From: Tissierellia bacterium
GTDB taxonomy: Bacteria; Bacillota; Clostridia; Tissierellales; Sedimentibacteraceae
Reading direction: 5' to 3'
Assembly: GCA_012520455.1 (NCBI GenBank)
Contig: JAAYOE010000037.1
Coordinates: 6,027-70,026, forward strand
Length of the DNA: 64,000 bases
The first letter of the stretch is position 1. Every line of letters starts with the position of its first letter. Positions 1 through 9,440 of the stretch are shown in pieces. A program made the translations under genes and the position numbers. Below the pieces are notes generated by a model. That model was given only the letters and a program-made list of their open reading frames with translations. It did no database searches and was not told where the DNA came from.

Positions 1-514
1 CCTCGGGAAGGCACAATACTATTTCATCCTCATAAAAATCTATGTATTCCAAGACTTCGGAATAATACTTTGCACCTACGATTCCGTAGTTCAGCTTTCC
101 TTCTAAAATAGAGTCAATTACCTTTCTTGAATCCTTATGGGTTACGGAGAATAAAACCTTGGGATATTTTTTTGAGAAATCTTTAATTACATAAGGCAAA
201 ATATACTCTTCCGGTATGGAGCTGGCGCATATTTCTATTACACCTTCAACCTTGCAGTCATGGTCTGCTATGGCAAACTTTGCCTTGTCCCTGATGTTAA
301 CAAGCTCGACGGCATACTTGTAAAAGAGCTTACCGGAATCAGTCAGGCTTATTGTTTTGCTGTTTCTGTCCAAAAGAGTAGTATTCAGTTCCTTTTCCAA
401 GTTCTTGATATTATTGCTTACCGTAGGCTGAGTTGTGTACAGTTCTTTTGCAGCCAAGGAAAAACTTTTAAATTTCACTACTTTTATAAAGCTCTCCAAT
501 TGATTGAATTCCAT
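1..514 (-). CDS. LysR-family transcriptional regulator (probably the selenium-metabolism-associated type); runs off the left edge
   Basis: Hand translation (absent from ORF track): MEFNQLESFIKVVKFKSFSLAAKELYTTQPTVSNNIKNLEKELNTTLLDR... is a classic LysR HTH; RBS AAGGAAGGT upstream; open frame to window edge. Confidence 0.9.
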   Translation of the reverse strand, partial: MEFNQLESFIKVVKFKSFSLAAKELYTTQPTVSNNIKNLEKELNTTLLDRNSKTISLTDSGKLFYKYAVELVNIRDKAKFAIADHDCKVEGVIEICASSIPEEYILPYVIKDFSKKYPKVLFSVTHKDSRKVIDSILEGKLNYGIVGAKYYSEVLEYIDFYEDEIVLCLPE

Positions 515-540
515 AACTACCTTCCTTTATGATAGGGGGA

Positions 541-1686
541 TTATTTAACAGCTGTTTTATAAATGCAATCTATTGTATAGTCAATATCTTCAATGCTTGT
601 AAAATGGCTCAGGGAAAAACGCACGGTTCCCTTGGGGAAGGTTCCCAATGTTTTATGGGCGGAAGGGGCGCAATGCATACCGCTTCTTGTCATGATGCCA
701 TATTCCTTGCTGAGCTCATATGAGACAAGACCGTTATCATTATTGATAAAGTCGATGGAAAATATGCCTGTCCTTCCTTCACAGGTGTTTTTGCCTATAA
801 GCTTAATATTTTTGATATCATTCAAACCCTCTAAAAATCTATTCATGAGAAGTATTTCCTTGTCCCGGATATCTTTAACCCCATAATTCAACAAATATTT
901 CAAGGAGGCATTAAGTCCGAAAATGCCCGGAATATTCAAGGTGCCGGCTTCAAACTTATCAGGCATATAGTCGGGCTGGATTTCGGCATCCGATAAGCTT
1001 CCCGTACCGCCTTCAATGAAGGTTGTCATTTGGCTGTTGATTCTGTCATTAATGATAAATCCGCCTATGCCCTGGGGACCCAGCAGACTCTTATGGCCGG
1101 TAAAACCAATGGCATCGGCATTTAAACCATGGAAGTCCATGTCCAAAAATCCAGCCGTTTGAGCGCTGTCGATTATGAAAAAGAGACCATGTTTTTTACA
1201 AACTTGTCCGACCTTCTCCAAATCTAAGATGGTACCGCAAACATTTGAAGCATGGGTCATGATTATGGCCTTAGTATTATCCCTTATGGCTTTTTCAACA
1301 TCTTCAATGGCCAGCTCCCCCGTATCGCTGCATAAGACCTTGGTGTATTCAACCTTATGGAGGGTATTCAAGGGTCTCATGACGGCATTGTGTTCCATTG
1401 AAGATACTATAAGGTGATCATTCTCTTTTAAAAAGGATTTTAGAATTATATTTAAACTTTCTGTAATATTTTTGGTAAAGACCACATTTTCCGGCTTGTC
1501 GAATGAGAAGAGTTCACATAAGAGTTCCCGGGTTTCATATACGGTATTTTCAGCTTTAAAAGACGAGCTGTAAGCTCCCCGGTTGACATTTGTTCCGATA
1601 TTTAAAAGATAATCCGACATCCTTTCCGCTACACCGGGGGCCTTCGGATATGAAGTGGCGCCATTGTCCATATAGACATATTTCAT
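541..1686 (-). CDS. Cysteine desulfurase / selenocysteine lyase-like class V PLP enzyme
   Basis: YMDNGATS, SSMEHNAV, DSAQTAG, PLP-lysine TGHKSLLGPQG, persulfide-Cys motif RSGMHCAP. Confidence 0.9.
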   Translation of the reverse strand: MKYVYMDNGATSYPKAPGVAERMSDYLLNIGTNVNRGAYSSSFKAENTVYETRELLCELFSFDKPENVVFTKNITESLNIILKSFLKENDHLIVSSMEHNAVMRPLNTLHKVEYTKVLCSDTGELAIEDVEKAIRDNTKAIIMTHASNVCGTILDLEKVGQVCKKHGLFFIIDSAQTAGFLDMDFHGLNADAIGFTGHKSLLGPQGIGGFIINDRINSQMTTFIEGGTGSLSDAEIQPDYMPDKFEAGTLNIPGIFGLNASLKYLLNYGVKDIRDKEILLMNRFLEGLNDIKNIKLIGKNTCEGRTGIFSIDFINNDNGLVSYELSKEYGIMTRSGMHCAPSAHKTLGTFPKGTVRFSLSHFTSIEDIDYTIDCIYKTAVK

Positions 1687-1862
1687 GATTTTGTCCTCCC
1701 AACAGGCTAAATAGAAAAATTCCGCATTTCAGGAATAATATTATTTTAACATATGATATATATTTATTCAATTATGATTTAAATAAACAAGGAAGAATGT
1801 TTTTTTGCAATAATTCTTAATTGTTGAAAACACTGAGCTTTATAATTAAAATAAGAATAATT

Positions 1863-1884
1863 AATAGTTGAAGCTTCAAGTATT
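1863..1884. promoter_or_regulatory. Palindromic candidate operator in the divergent intergenic region
   Basis: AATAG-TTGAAGCTTCAA-GTATT, perfect 12-bp core; upstream of TTGTTT-17-TATAAT (1902-1930). Confidence 0.4.
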
Positions 1885-1967
1885 GGAAAATTCTATAGGT
1901 CTTGTTTTAAATATTTTTACATAATATAATCTCCTTGTTAATAAATAAACTTGAAGGAGGTTTTCAA

Positions 1968-3056
1968 ATGAATGACAAAAAAGGAATTATAATTGCAGGG
2001 GGAGCGGTAGGAATAATAGCAGTACTTCTTGTTTATTTCGGTAATCCTGCAAACATGGGCTTCTGCATAGCTTGTTTCATAAGGGATATAGCAGGCGGGA
2101 TCGGCATGCACAGGGCAGAAGTTGTTCAGTACATAAGGCCTGAAGTCATAGGTCTGGTATTGGGAGCATTCTTGCTTTCATTAAAAAACAAAGAATTTCA
2201 AACCAAGGGCGGATCTTCCCCCTTCACCAGGTTCGTCTTAGGAATTGTTGTGATGATCGGAGCCTTGATATTCTTGGGCTGCCCCTTGAGAATGGTATTA
2301 AGGATAGCAGGTGGAGATTTAAATGCCTTGGTGGGATTAGCAGGCTTCGTGGCAGGAATTTATGTCGGAGTTATATTCCTCAACAAAGGATTCAACTTGA
2401 AAAGAAGCTACAATATCACTAAAATAGAAGGCTATATTTTCCCGGTTGTAAATGTGGGAGCTTTGGTTCTCCTTCTTCTTGCGCCTGCATTTATCTTTTT
2501 CTCCGAAAAGGGACCGGGCTCAATGCATGCCCCCCTATGGATGTCATTGGCCGCAGGACTGATAGTGGGTGCCTTGGCCCAGAAGACCAGGATGTGTACG
2601 GTTGGCGGAACACGTGACATGATTCTTTTCAAGGATATGTATCTCTTGTCAGGATTCATTGCCATAATAGTATTCTCTTTTATCGGAAACCTTGCCTTCG
2701 GATACTTTAAATTAGGGTTTGCCGACCAGCCTATAGCTCATACCGACGGTTTGTGGAATTTCTTGGGCATGGCTATTGTCGGATGGGGGTCGGTACTCTT
2801 GGGAGGATGTCCCCTGAGACAATTAATCCTGTCCGGAGAAGGCAATACGGACTCGGTTATAACCGTAATGGGTTTGTTGGTGGGAGCTGCTATTGCTCAT
2901 AATTTCGGATTAGCTTCAAGCGCTGCCGGAGTAACTGCAAACGGAAAAGTCGCCGCCTTGATATGCTTTGTATTTTTGGGCCTTATTTCTTACTTGAATT
3001 CGGAAGATTTGGTTAAGAAAGGCAGCCAAAGCTTATCGAAGGTAAATGTGGAATAG
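1968..3056 (+). CDS. YedE/YeeE-family putative selenium/sulfur transporter
   Basis: Multi-TM protein with GFCIACF, LGCPLR, RMCTVGG and GGCPLR Cys motifs; start moved to ATG 1968 after GGAGG. Confidence 0.85.
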   Translation: MNDKKGIIIAGGAVGIIAVLLVYFGNPANMGFCIACFIRDIAGGIGMHRAEVVQYIRPEVIGLVLGAFLLSLKNKEFQTKGGSSPFTRFVLGIVVMIGALIFLGCPLRMVLRIAGGDLNALVGLAGFVAGIYVGVIFLNKGFNLKRSYNITKIEGYIFPVVNVGALVLLLLAPAFIFFSEKGPGSMHAPLWMSLAAGLIVGALAQKTRMCTVGGTRDMILFKDMYLLSGFIAIIVFSFIGNLAFGYFKLGFADQPIAHTDGLWNFLGMAIVGWGSVLLGGCPLRQLILSGEGNTDSVITVMGLLVGAAIAHNFGLASSAAGVTANGKVAALICFVFLGLISYLNSEDLVKKGSQSLSKVNVE

Positions 3057-3064
3057 GAGGAAAT

Positions 3065-3274
3065 ATGATGAAAAAAATAGATACAAGCGGCATGAGCTGT
3101 CCTCAGCCGGTTTTAATGACAAAAAAATCATTGGAGGAGAATCCCGAAGGCCTGGACATAATTGTTGACAACAATACTGCCAGGGGAAATGTGGAAAGGT
3201 TCTTAAAGAACGCAGGCTATAGGGTTGCCATAAGTGAACAAGGGGATACCTTCCTGATAGAAGCAAGGAAGTAA
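3065..3274 (+). CDS. TusA/YedF-family sulfur (selenium) carrier protein
   Basis: IDTSGMSCPQPVL (CPxP motif), 69 aa, GGAGG RBS. Confidence 0.9.
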   Translation: MMKKIDTSGMSCPQPVLMTKKSLEENPEGLDIIVDNNTARGNVERFLKNAGYRVAISEQGDTFLIEARK

Positions 3275-3275
3275 G

Positions 3276-3509
3276 ATGGTATATCATGTATTGTTTTTTA
3301 CCCATTCGGGTGCTATAAAGTTTGACCGGAAATGCAAAAGAATGAATATACCATGTGAGCTCATGCCCGTACCCCGGGCCTTGAGTTCAAATTGCAGCGT
3401 TTCTGCCAAAATAGAATGGGATGATATCAAGAGCCTGATAGACGATGAAGTTGAGAAGATATTCTTGTCACAGAAGGATGAAAACATCCTGATATATGAA
3501 GCTGAATAG
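3276..3509 (+). CDS. DUF3343-like small protein
   Basis: FFTHSGAIK...LMPVPRALSSNCSVS pattern, 77 aa, directly after TusA-like gene. Confidence 0.75.
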   Translation: MVYHVLFFTHSGAIKFDRKCKRMNIPCELMPVPRALSSNCSVSAKIEWDDIKSLIDDEVEKIFLSQKDENILIYEAE

Positions 3510-3510
3510 A

Positions 3511-3544
3511 GGCTGCCCGGAACAAATAATTCCGGGCAGCCTTT
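3511..3544 (+). terminator. Intrinsic terminator
   Basis: 12-bp stem GGCTGCCCGGAA/TTCCGGGCAGCC followed by TTT. Confidence 0.75.
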
Positions 3545-3662
3545 ATATATAAACAAAAATAAGTGTAAACCATCCTTTTTTTATGGTATAATCAAACATG
3601 ACATATAAGATATACTATATTTATAAAATACAAAATATACAGAAAAAATCCGGAGGGTTGAT

Positions 3663-4190
3663 ATGGGATTTGATATGTCAAATTTAATTATGAAGAGAAG
3701 GTCCATAAGAAATTTTAAAGATGTAAAACTAACTGAAGAAGAAATACAAGAGTTAGTGAAAGCAGGCCTATTTGCACCTACTTCGAGAAGCAATAAAGGG
3801 GTTGAACTGATTGTAGTTGATGAAAAGGATTTAATCCTCAAGCTCAAGGATTGCAGAAACACGAGTACCAAGGGACTTGAAACCGCCCCCTGCGCTATAG
3901 TTGTTATCGGAGACAGAGAAAAAAGTGATGTATGGGTAGAAGACGGGGCAATTGCGGCTTCCTATATACAATTAAGGGCTGAGGACCTGGGCCTGGGGTC
4001 TGTCTGGATACAGATGAGAAATAGAGTAAGTGATAATGACAGTTCTGAAAATGAGGTGAGGAGGCTCTTAAGTATTCCCGAAAAGTATGGAGTACTATGT
4101 ATAATAGCCCTTGGCCATAAGAACGAAAACAAAGAGGCATACACGGAAAACGACCTTGATAGATTCAGGGTGCATTATAATAAATTTTAG
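3663..4190 (+). CDS. Nitroreductase family protein
   Basis: RRSIRNF, AGLFAPTS, AEDLGLGSVW motifs; promoter TGTAAA-17-TATAAT at 3564-3592. Confidence 0.9.
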   Translation: MGFDMSNLIMKRRSIRNFKDVKLTEEEIQELVKAGLFAPTSRSNKGVELIVVDEKDLILKLKDCRNTSTKGLETAPCAIVVIGDREKSDVWVEDGAIAASYIQLRAEDLGLGSVWIQMRNRVSDNDSSENEVRRLLSIPEKYGVLCIIALGHKNENKEAYTENDLDRFRVHYNKF

Positions 4191-4208
4191 TAATTCCGGA
4201 GACTGAGA

Positions 4209-5135
4209 ATGAGCTTAAAAGATTTGGATAATTATATTTTGGGAATAGAAGAAGAAATTGAAATTAAAGACTTAAATACAGGTGTTCATTTAACGGAGTT
4301 AAATGATGTCAAAAATGTATTAAGAAAAAGAAGCAGGAATTCCCATAAGGGGACCTACGGCAAGGTTGGCTTTGTCTCCGGCTCAAAGGGCATGGCGGGG
4401 GCTTGCGTATTAAACCTCAATGCGGCCCTCAGGTCCGGAAGCGGCCTTGTTAAAGCCTTCATACCCGATGAAATTTATCCGGTGGTTGAAGCTATGTCCC
4501 TGGAAGCTATTACATGTACATATGATGCCAAGGACAAGTTGTTTGACAAGCTTCAAAAAGAAATCATTGATTATTCAGATGCAGTAGCTACAGGTTCCGG
4601 ATGTACAAATATCGATTATTATGATGTCATATTGGACTATTTGTTGAAAAACTGCAAACAAGCCTTGGTTATAGATGCTGAAGGGATTAACAAGCTAAAT
4701 TTAAAAGATTTAAAGGGACATAAGGAGCCGGTTGTTTTAACTCCCCATTACGGGGAAATGGCCAAATTGACAGGGGTGGACACTGAATGGCTAAAAACCG
4801 ACATCATTGAAAAATCCAGGAGTTTTTCTACGGAATACCGGGTCTATTTGGTCTTGAAGGGACCAAGAACCCTTATTTCCTGTCCCGAGGGTCAGGTATT
4901 TATAAATACCACAGGAAATCCCGGAATGGCCACAGCCGGTAGCGGAGATGTTTTGACAGGGATAGTTGCATCCTTTATAGGCCAGGGAATTGAAATTAAA
5001 AGTGCTTTGAGAGCAGCAGTCTATATACATGGAGCAGCCGGCGATTTGGGGGCTGAGTCCATAGGCCGGCATTCCCTTAAAGCCGGGGACCTGGTAAACT
5101 GCCTGCCTTATGCCATAAAGACCATAACAGGATGA
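4209..5135 (+). CDS. nnrD: NAD(P)H-hydrate dehydratase (YjeF C-terminal domain, stand-alone)
   Basis: SHKGTYGKV..GS.GMAGA, VIDAEG, LTPHYGEM, LVLKG, GMATAGSGDVLTG. Confidence 0.85.
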   Translation: MSLKDLDNYILGIEEEIEIKDLNTGVHLTELNDVKNVLRKRSRNSHKGTYGKVGFVSGSKGMAGACVLNLNAALRSGSGLVKAFIPDEIYPVVEAMSLEAITCTYDAKDKLFDKLQKEIIDYSDAVATGSGCTNIDYYDVILDYLLKNCKQALVIDAEGINKLNLKDLKGHKEPVVLTPHYGEMAKLTGVDTEWLKTDIIEKSRSFSTEYRVYLVLKGPRTLISCPEGQVFINTTGNPGMATAGSGDVLTGIVASFIGQGIEIKSALRAAVYIHGAAGDLGAESIGRHSLKAGDLVNCLPYAIKTITG

Positions 5136-5186
5136 TTGAAGAATCACCGGCTCAAGAGCCTCCATGCCCCTAAGGATAAGACTTTT

Positions 5187-5861
5187 TCAGCAATCTGGCC
5201 TCCATCCGATTATGGAATAAGGGATGGTAAATTCTGCTATACCGCTGGAGTAAGGGGCAATGTCGTATTGTTGATAGTAAATTGTTATCCCCTCCGGTGA
5301 AAGATAAAAGCTGCTTTTGTCAAAATTTTTGATAATCAAGGGCTTATAGTCATCAAAATATATTTTTTGTCTTTCCTGTATCTGGTCTGCCTGCCTTATG
5401 ATTTCATCGGTCAAGATACGCTTGTAATCCGTACCCGGTTTGAAGAAACTTCCTAGGGGCAGGTGGTGTCCCAGGCATAATTCCCAGGTATCGGAAGCTC
5501 TCAGGGTGGAGCCGTGGGCTCCTCCGGTGAATTCATACTTATCGAAATATAAGCTTAAAAAACAGTTTTGGTTATATGTTATGAAGTATTCCAAAAAAGC
5601 CTCATATCCCCAAAAGTGGAAACCTTCATTCAGAGACCGGATGTAATCTTTTATTGCCTGTTTATATAAGTATTTGGCATACCTCTTATAATCATTTACC
5701 TCCATATTGATTTGAGAATTAATTTTATATTCTGCCTGTGAAGCATTTAAGCTGATTTGCGGATATATAATTGTCAGCTTCAGCATGTCTGTATTGTTAT
5801 AGGTGAATGTCTTTTTGTATTCATGCATACTTATTTCTGCATTATAGCAATGATTATTCAT
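5187..5861 (-). CDS. DUF4163/DUF3298 (RsiV/PdaC-like) protein
   Basis: YEFTGGAHG, FYLSPEGITIYYQQYDIAPYSSG motifs; start moved to ATG 5861 after AGGAGGG. Confidence 0.75.
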   Translation of the reverse strand: MNNHCYNAEISMHEYKKTFTYNNTDMLKLTIIYPQISLNASQAEYKINSQINMEVNDYKRYAKYLYKQAIKDYIRSLNEGFHFWGYEAFLEYFITYNQNCFLSLYFDKYEFTGGAHGSTLRASDTWELCLGHHLPLGSFFKPGTDYKRILTDEIIRQADQIQERQKIYFDDYKPLIIKNFDKSSFYLSPEGITIYYQQYDIAPYSSGIAEFTIPYSIIGWRPDC

Positions 5862-5929
5862 TTTACAACCCTCCTGAATCATAATATGATTCAGAAACCT
5901 GAAGGTTCATAAGGGTGGTGATATGATTA

Positions 5930-5958
5930 TTGCAATGGAAGAAGCTTTCCTGTATAAT
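5930..5958 (+). promoter_or_regulatory. Sigma-A promoter for addBA
   Basis: TTGCAA-17-TATAAT. Confidence 0.65.
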
Positions 5959-6026
5959 TTAGTTAAATAAACAGGACAAGCCTTATTTTTTTGTCGGGAA
6001 GATTCCTTAGGACCAAGGGGGTTATC

Positions 6027-9000
6027 ATGAGTTTAAGAATAATTGCAGGCAGGGCAAACACCGGGAAGTCATCATATATTTATGATGAAATCATAAGAGC
6101 AGCCGAGGAAACAAAAGACAAGCTATTGCTTCTTGTGCCTGAACTTATGACATATCAAGCCGAAAGCGAAATCATACAAAAGTATGACCTGGCGGGCATT
6201 ATAAAGGTGGAAGTATTAAGCTTTAAAAGGCTTGAAAACAAGGTATTGGAAGAAGTGGGGGGACTCAGGCTTCCTGACATGAGTGTTTTTGGAAAAATTA
6301 TGCTGCTTAAGCAGATATTTGAAGAGAACAAGGATAAACTCAAAATATTTGGCTCTTCATACAGGCAGACCGGGTTTTTAAAAGAATTTGGAGAATTGGT
6401 TGCTGAATTCAAGCAAAATTTGGTGGATGGTCCATCCTTAAATACAGCCGGAGCAAAGGTGGAAGATGAGCTCTTAAAGCGCAAAATTTCTGACATTGAA
6501 TTGATTTATTCCGAATTTGTCAAAAGAACTCAGGGCAAATATTTTGACGAGGAGGATAAAACCAATCTTTTTATTTCTTTAATTAAGGAATCAGCCTACA
6601 TAAGGAACTCAAAGATATGGATAGACGGATTTGAAAGCTTTAACCGCCAAAGACTGGGGGTTATAAAAGCCCTTTGTGATTTTTCCAAGTCCGTGACCCT
6701 TTCCTTAAATATTGACTCCTCATATTTGGATGAGCCGGAAGATAAGGATTACTACGAAGCCTTTAAAATAATCCATGACACCTATCTCAGGCTGAAAAAC
6801 CTGGATGAGGATATAGAAATTGTAGCCTTGAAACAAAACAAGTCTTCTTCACCGGAAATTAAGGCAATTGAAAAAAATATTTTTGCCTTGAATATTGAAG
6901 AATACAAGGATGACACGGATAATATTGCCATTTACTCTTCCTTGAATCCCTACACGGAAACCCAAAGAACAGCAGCCAAAATAATATCCCTGGTTCGGGA
7001 TAAGGGTTACAGGTGGAGAGATATAAAGGTTGCCGTCGGGAGTATGGATACCTATGAAAGGAATGTTAAAAGGGTATTTGCCCAATATGAAATACCCTGC
7101 TTCTTAGATGTAAAAAGGGATATTTTAAACAATCCGCTGAGCAAGTACATCCTTTCCATATTAGATATCTTTATTTGGAAATTTAAACACGACCATGTTT
7201 TTGAATATTTAAAAACAGGTTTTTCCCCTCTGAGTATCAACCAGGTCCATTGCTTGGAAAACTATGCCCTCCGTTACGGCATCGAGGGAGAAAAATGGTT
7301 TAAGGAATTCACAACAAATGAATATGATAATTACGATATTGAAGAATACAGAAGGTTATTTGCCGGTGATTTCGAAGCTGCCAGAAAAGAAGTCCACAAG
7401 CTTAAAACCGTCAATGAGATTACCAGACTAATATTTAAATTTTTAGACAGGCACAAGATAAAAGAAAAGATGGACAAGGCTGTCAAAGGCTTTAATGCCA
7501 TCCGCAAATTTGAGGAAGCCAGTGAGTATTCCCAGTGCTGGAACTATACCATGGAAATCTTTGAACAGCTTTTGTTGGTCGGCCAGGACACGGAGATTTC
7601 TATCAAAGAATACAGAAAGATCCTGGAAGCAGGCCTTGCTGAAGTTGAGATTAGCATAATTCCCCCTGCAATAGACAAGGTCGAAGTGGGGGAAATTGAC
7701 AGGATTGCTGTTACCAAGCCCAAGGCCCTCTTCTTATTAGGGGCAAATGCAGCAAATTTAGACTCTAAGAATACCGAGAAGGGTTTGCTTTTGAATGAAG
7801 AAAGAGACCTTCTCCTTAAAAATGATGTCAAGCTGACTAAAGGGGGAGACCACGAAACTTTTAAAGAAAAGCACATGCTTTACAAGCTCTTTTCATCCCC
7901 CGGCCACACTTTATCAGTATCCTATCCCTTAGGACTGGCAACAGGAGAAAGCTTGCAGCCATCCTTGTACCTTGACATATTGAAAAGGGTTTTCGTCAGG
8001 GTTAAGGAGGGCTCAGACCTGAGTATGGGGGATGAGTTGGAGTTTGTTTCAAACTGCGGGGGGACCTATGATTACTTAGTGGCAAGGATGAGGGATTACA
8101 TTGACGGTTATGAAACCGACAACCTTTGGAAGGATGTTTACGCATGGTATGAAAAGAATGACAGGGAAAATTTCAATATCATAAATAAAGCTTTGCAATA
8201 TAAGAATTCCGTGAAGGCCTTGGAGCCGGACATGGTAAAAACCATCTATGAAAACAATATGACAATGACGGTTTCAAAGCTTGAAACCTATGCTGAATGC
8301 GGCTTTAGATATTTTTTGGAAAATGTGTTAAGACCAAAGGAAAGGCCTGTTCAAAAAATAGAGTTTTACGATTTAGGCAATATATATCACTCGGTGGTGG
8401 AAAAATTCATTGATAAGGTAAAAGAAGAATACAAGGATATCAGCTTGATTGACGGGGCTAGGGCGGAAGAAGAAGCAGCAAAAATAACCGAAGATGTTTT
8501 ATCGGACCAGGCAGATAAAGTAACTGCCCTTGAGGCAAATCACAGGAATAAATACATGAAGGAAAAAATAAAAAGGGTTATGAAAAGAACCTGCCGGACC
8601 CTTGTAAGACAATTAAATTCAAGTGACTTCAGACCCGGGTACACGGAGCTTCAAATCGGCCCGGAGGATTTTAAGGACGAAAAGGCGGAAAAGGGCCTTT
8701 GTTTACCCCCCATCGAAATAGGGGTGGAAACCGATAAGATTAAGGAAGTATTAAAACTCAGGGGAAAAATAGACAGGGTAGATGTCTTTGAAAATAAGGG
8801 GAATATATATGTCAGCATAATAGATTATAAATCTTCACCCAAGGATCTTGATTTGGACGATGCCAAAGAGGGGATACAGGTTCAGTTGTTCATGTACCTG
8901 AAAGCTTTAATCGACAGGGGAGAAGTCTTGTTCGGCAAAAAACCCCATGTGGGGGGCTTGTTTTACTATTATATAAATGACCCCCTATATAAGGACGACA

Positions 9001-9440
9001 ATAAGGGAAAGGACCCGGAAGAAGAAATATTCAAGGAATTAAGACTCAAGGGCTATGTCTTAAAAGATAAGGAGCTAATAAAGTTTATGGATAAAAATAT
9101 AAGCTCCACATCAAGTGTCATACCTGCCGGGCTTAAAAAGGACGGGGAATTTTATGAAGCCAGGACCAAGGCCTTAAGTGAAGAAGCATTTAATGAATTG
9201 ATGGATATGGTTTATAAAAAATGCACAGAGATGACAAAGAGTATTTTGGAAGGGAATATAAACATTGAGCCATACAAAAAAACCGACGGCAAAACCCCCT
9301 GCACCTACTGCGAATATATTAGCATTTGCCAGTTTGACAGGTCCTTGGGAAACAGGTTCAGATTAATCGGAAAAGGGCCTCTATATTTTGAAGAGGGACA
9401 GGAACATTCAAGACCAGGGGAGGAAGGAGAGGCAAGATGA
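6027..9440 (+). CDS. addB: ATP-dependent helicase/nuclease subunit B
   Basis: GRANTGKS, VPELMTYQAE, nuclease GKIDRVD..IIDYKS, Fe-S cysteines YAECGF and PCTYCEYISIC; start at ATG 6027. Confidence 0.93.
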   Translation: MSLRIIAGRANTGKSSYIYDEIIRAAEETKDKLLLLVPELMTYQAESEIIQKYDLAGIIKVEVLSFKRLENKVLEEVGGLRLPDMSVFGKIMLLKQIFEENKDKLKIFGSSYRQTGFLKEFGELVAEFKQNLVDGPSLNTAGAKVEDELLKRKISDIELIYSEFVKRTQGKYFDEEDKTNLFISLIKESAYIRNSKIWIDGFESFNRQRLGVIKALCDFSKSVTLSLNIDSSYLDEPEDKDYYEAFKIIHDTYLRLKNLDEDIEIVALKQNKSSSPEIKAIEKNIFALNIEEYKDDTDNIAIYSSLNPYTETQRTAAKIISLVRDKGYRWRDIKVAVGSMDTYERNVKRVFAQYEIPCFLDVKRDILNNPLSKYILSILDIFIWKFKHDHVFEYLKTGFSPLSINQVHCLENYALRYGIEGEKWFKEFTTNEYDNYDIEEYRRLFAGDFEAARKEVHKLKTVNEITRLIFKFLDRHKIKEKMDKAVKGFNAIRKFEEASEYSQCWNYTMEIFEQLLLVGQDTEISIKEYRKILEAGLAEVEISIIPPAIDKVEVGEIDRIAVTKPKALFLLGANAANLDSKNTEKGLLLNEERDLLLKNDVKLTKGGDHETFKEKHMLYKLFSSPGHTLSVSYPLGLATGESLQPSLYLDILKRVFVRVKEGSDLSMGDELEFVSNCGGTYDYLVARMRDYIDGYETDNLWKDVYAWYEKNDRENFNIINKALQYKNSVKALEPDMVKTIYENNMTMTVSKLETYAECGFRYFLENVLRPKERPVQKIEFYDLGNIYHSVVEKFIDKVKEEYKDISLIDGARAEEEAAKITEDVLSDQADKVTALEANHRNKYMKEKIKRVMKRTCRTLVRQLNSSDFRPGYTELQIGPEDFKDEKAEKGLCLPPIEIGVETDKIKEVLKLRGKIDRVDVFENKGNIYVSIIDYKSSPKDLDLDDAKEGIQVQLFMYLKALIDRGEVLFGKKPHVGGLFYYYINDPLYKDDNKGKDPEEEIFKELRLKGYVLKDKELIKFMDKNISSTSSVIPAGLKKDGEFYEARTKALSEEAFNELMDMVYKKCTEMTKSILEGNINIEPYKKTDGKTPCTYCEYISICQFDRSLGNRFRLIGKGPLYFEEGQEHSRPGEEGEAR

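Noticed and set aside
1-3509. Selenocysteine (TGA) recoding in the selenium-linked cluster
   Set aside because: None of these ORFs is interrupted by or ends in TGA, and no SECIS-like context was seen
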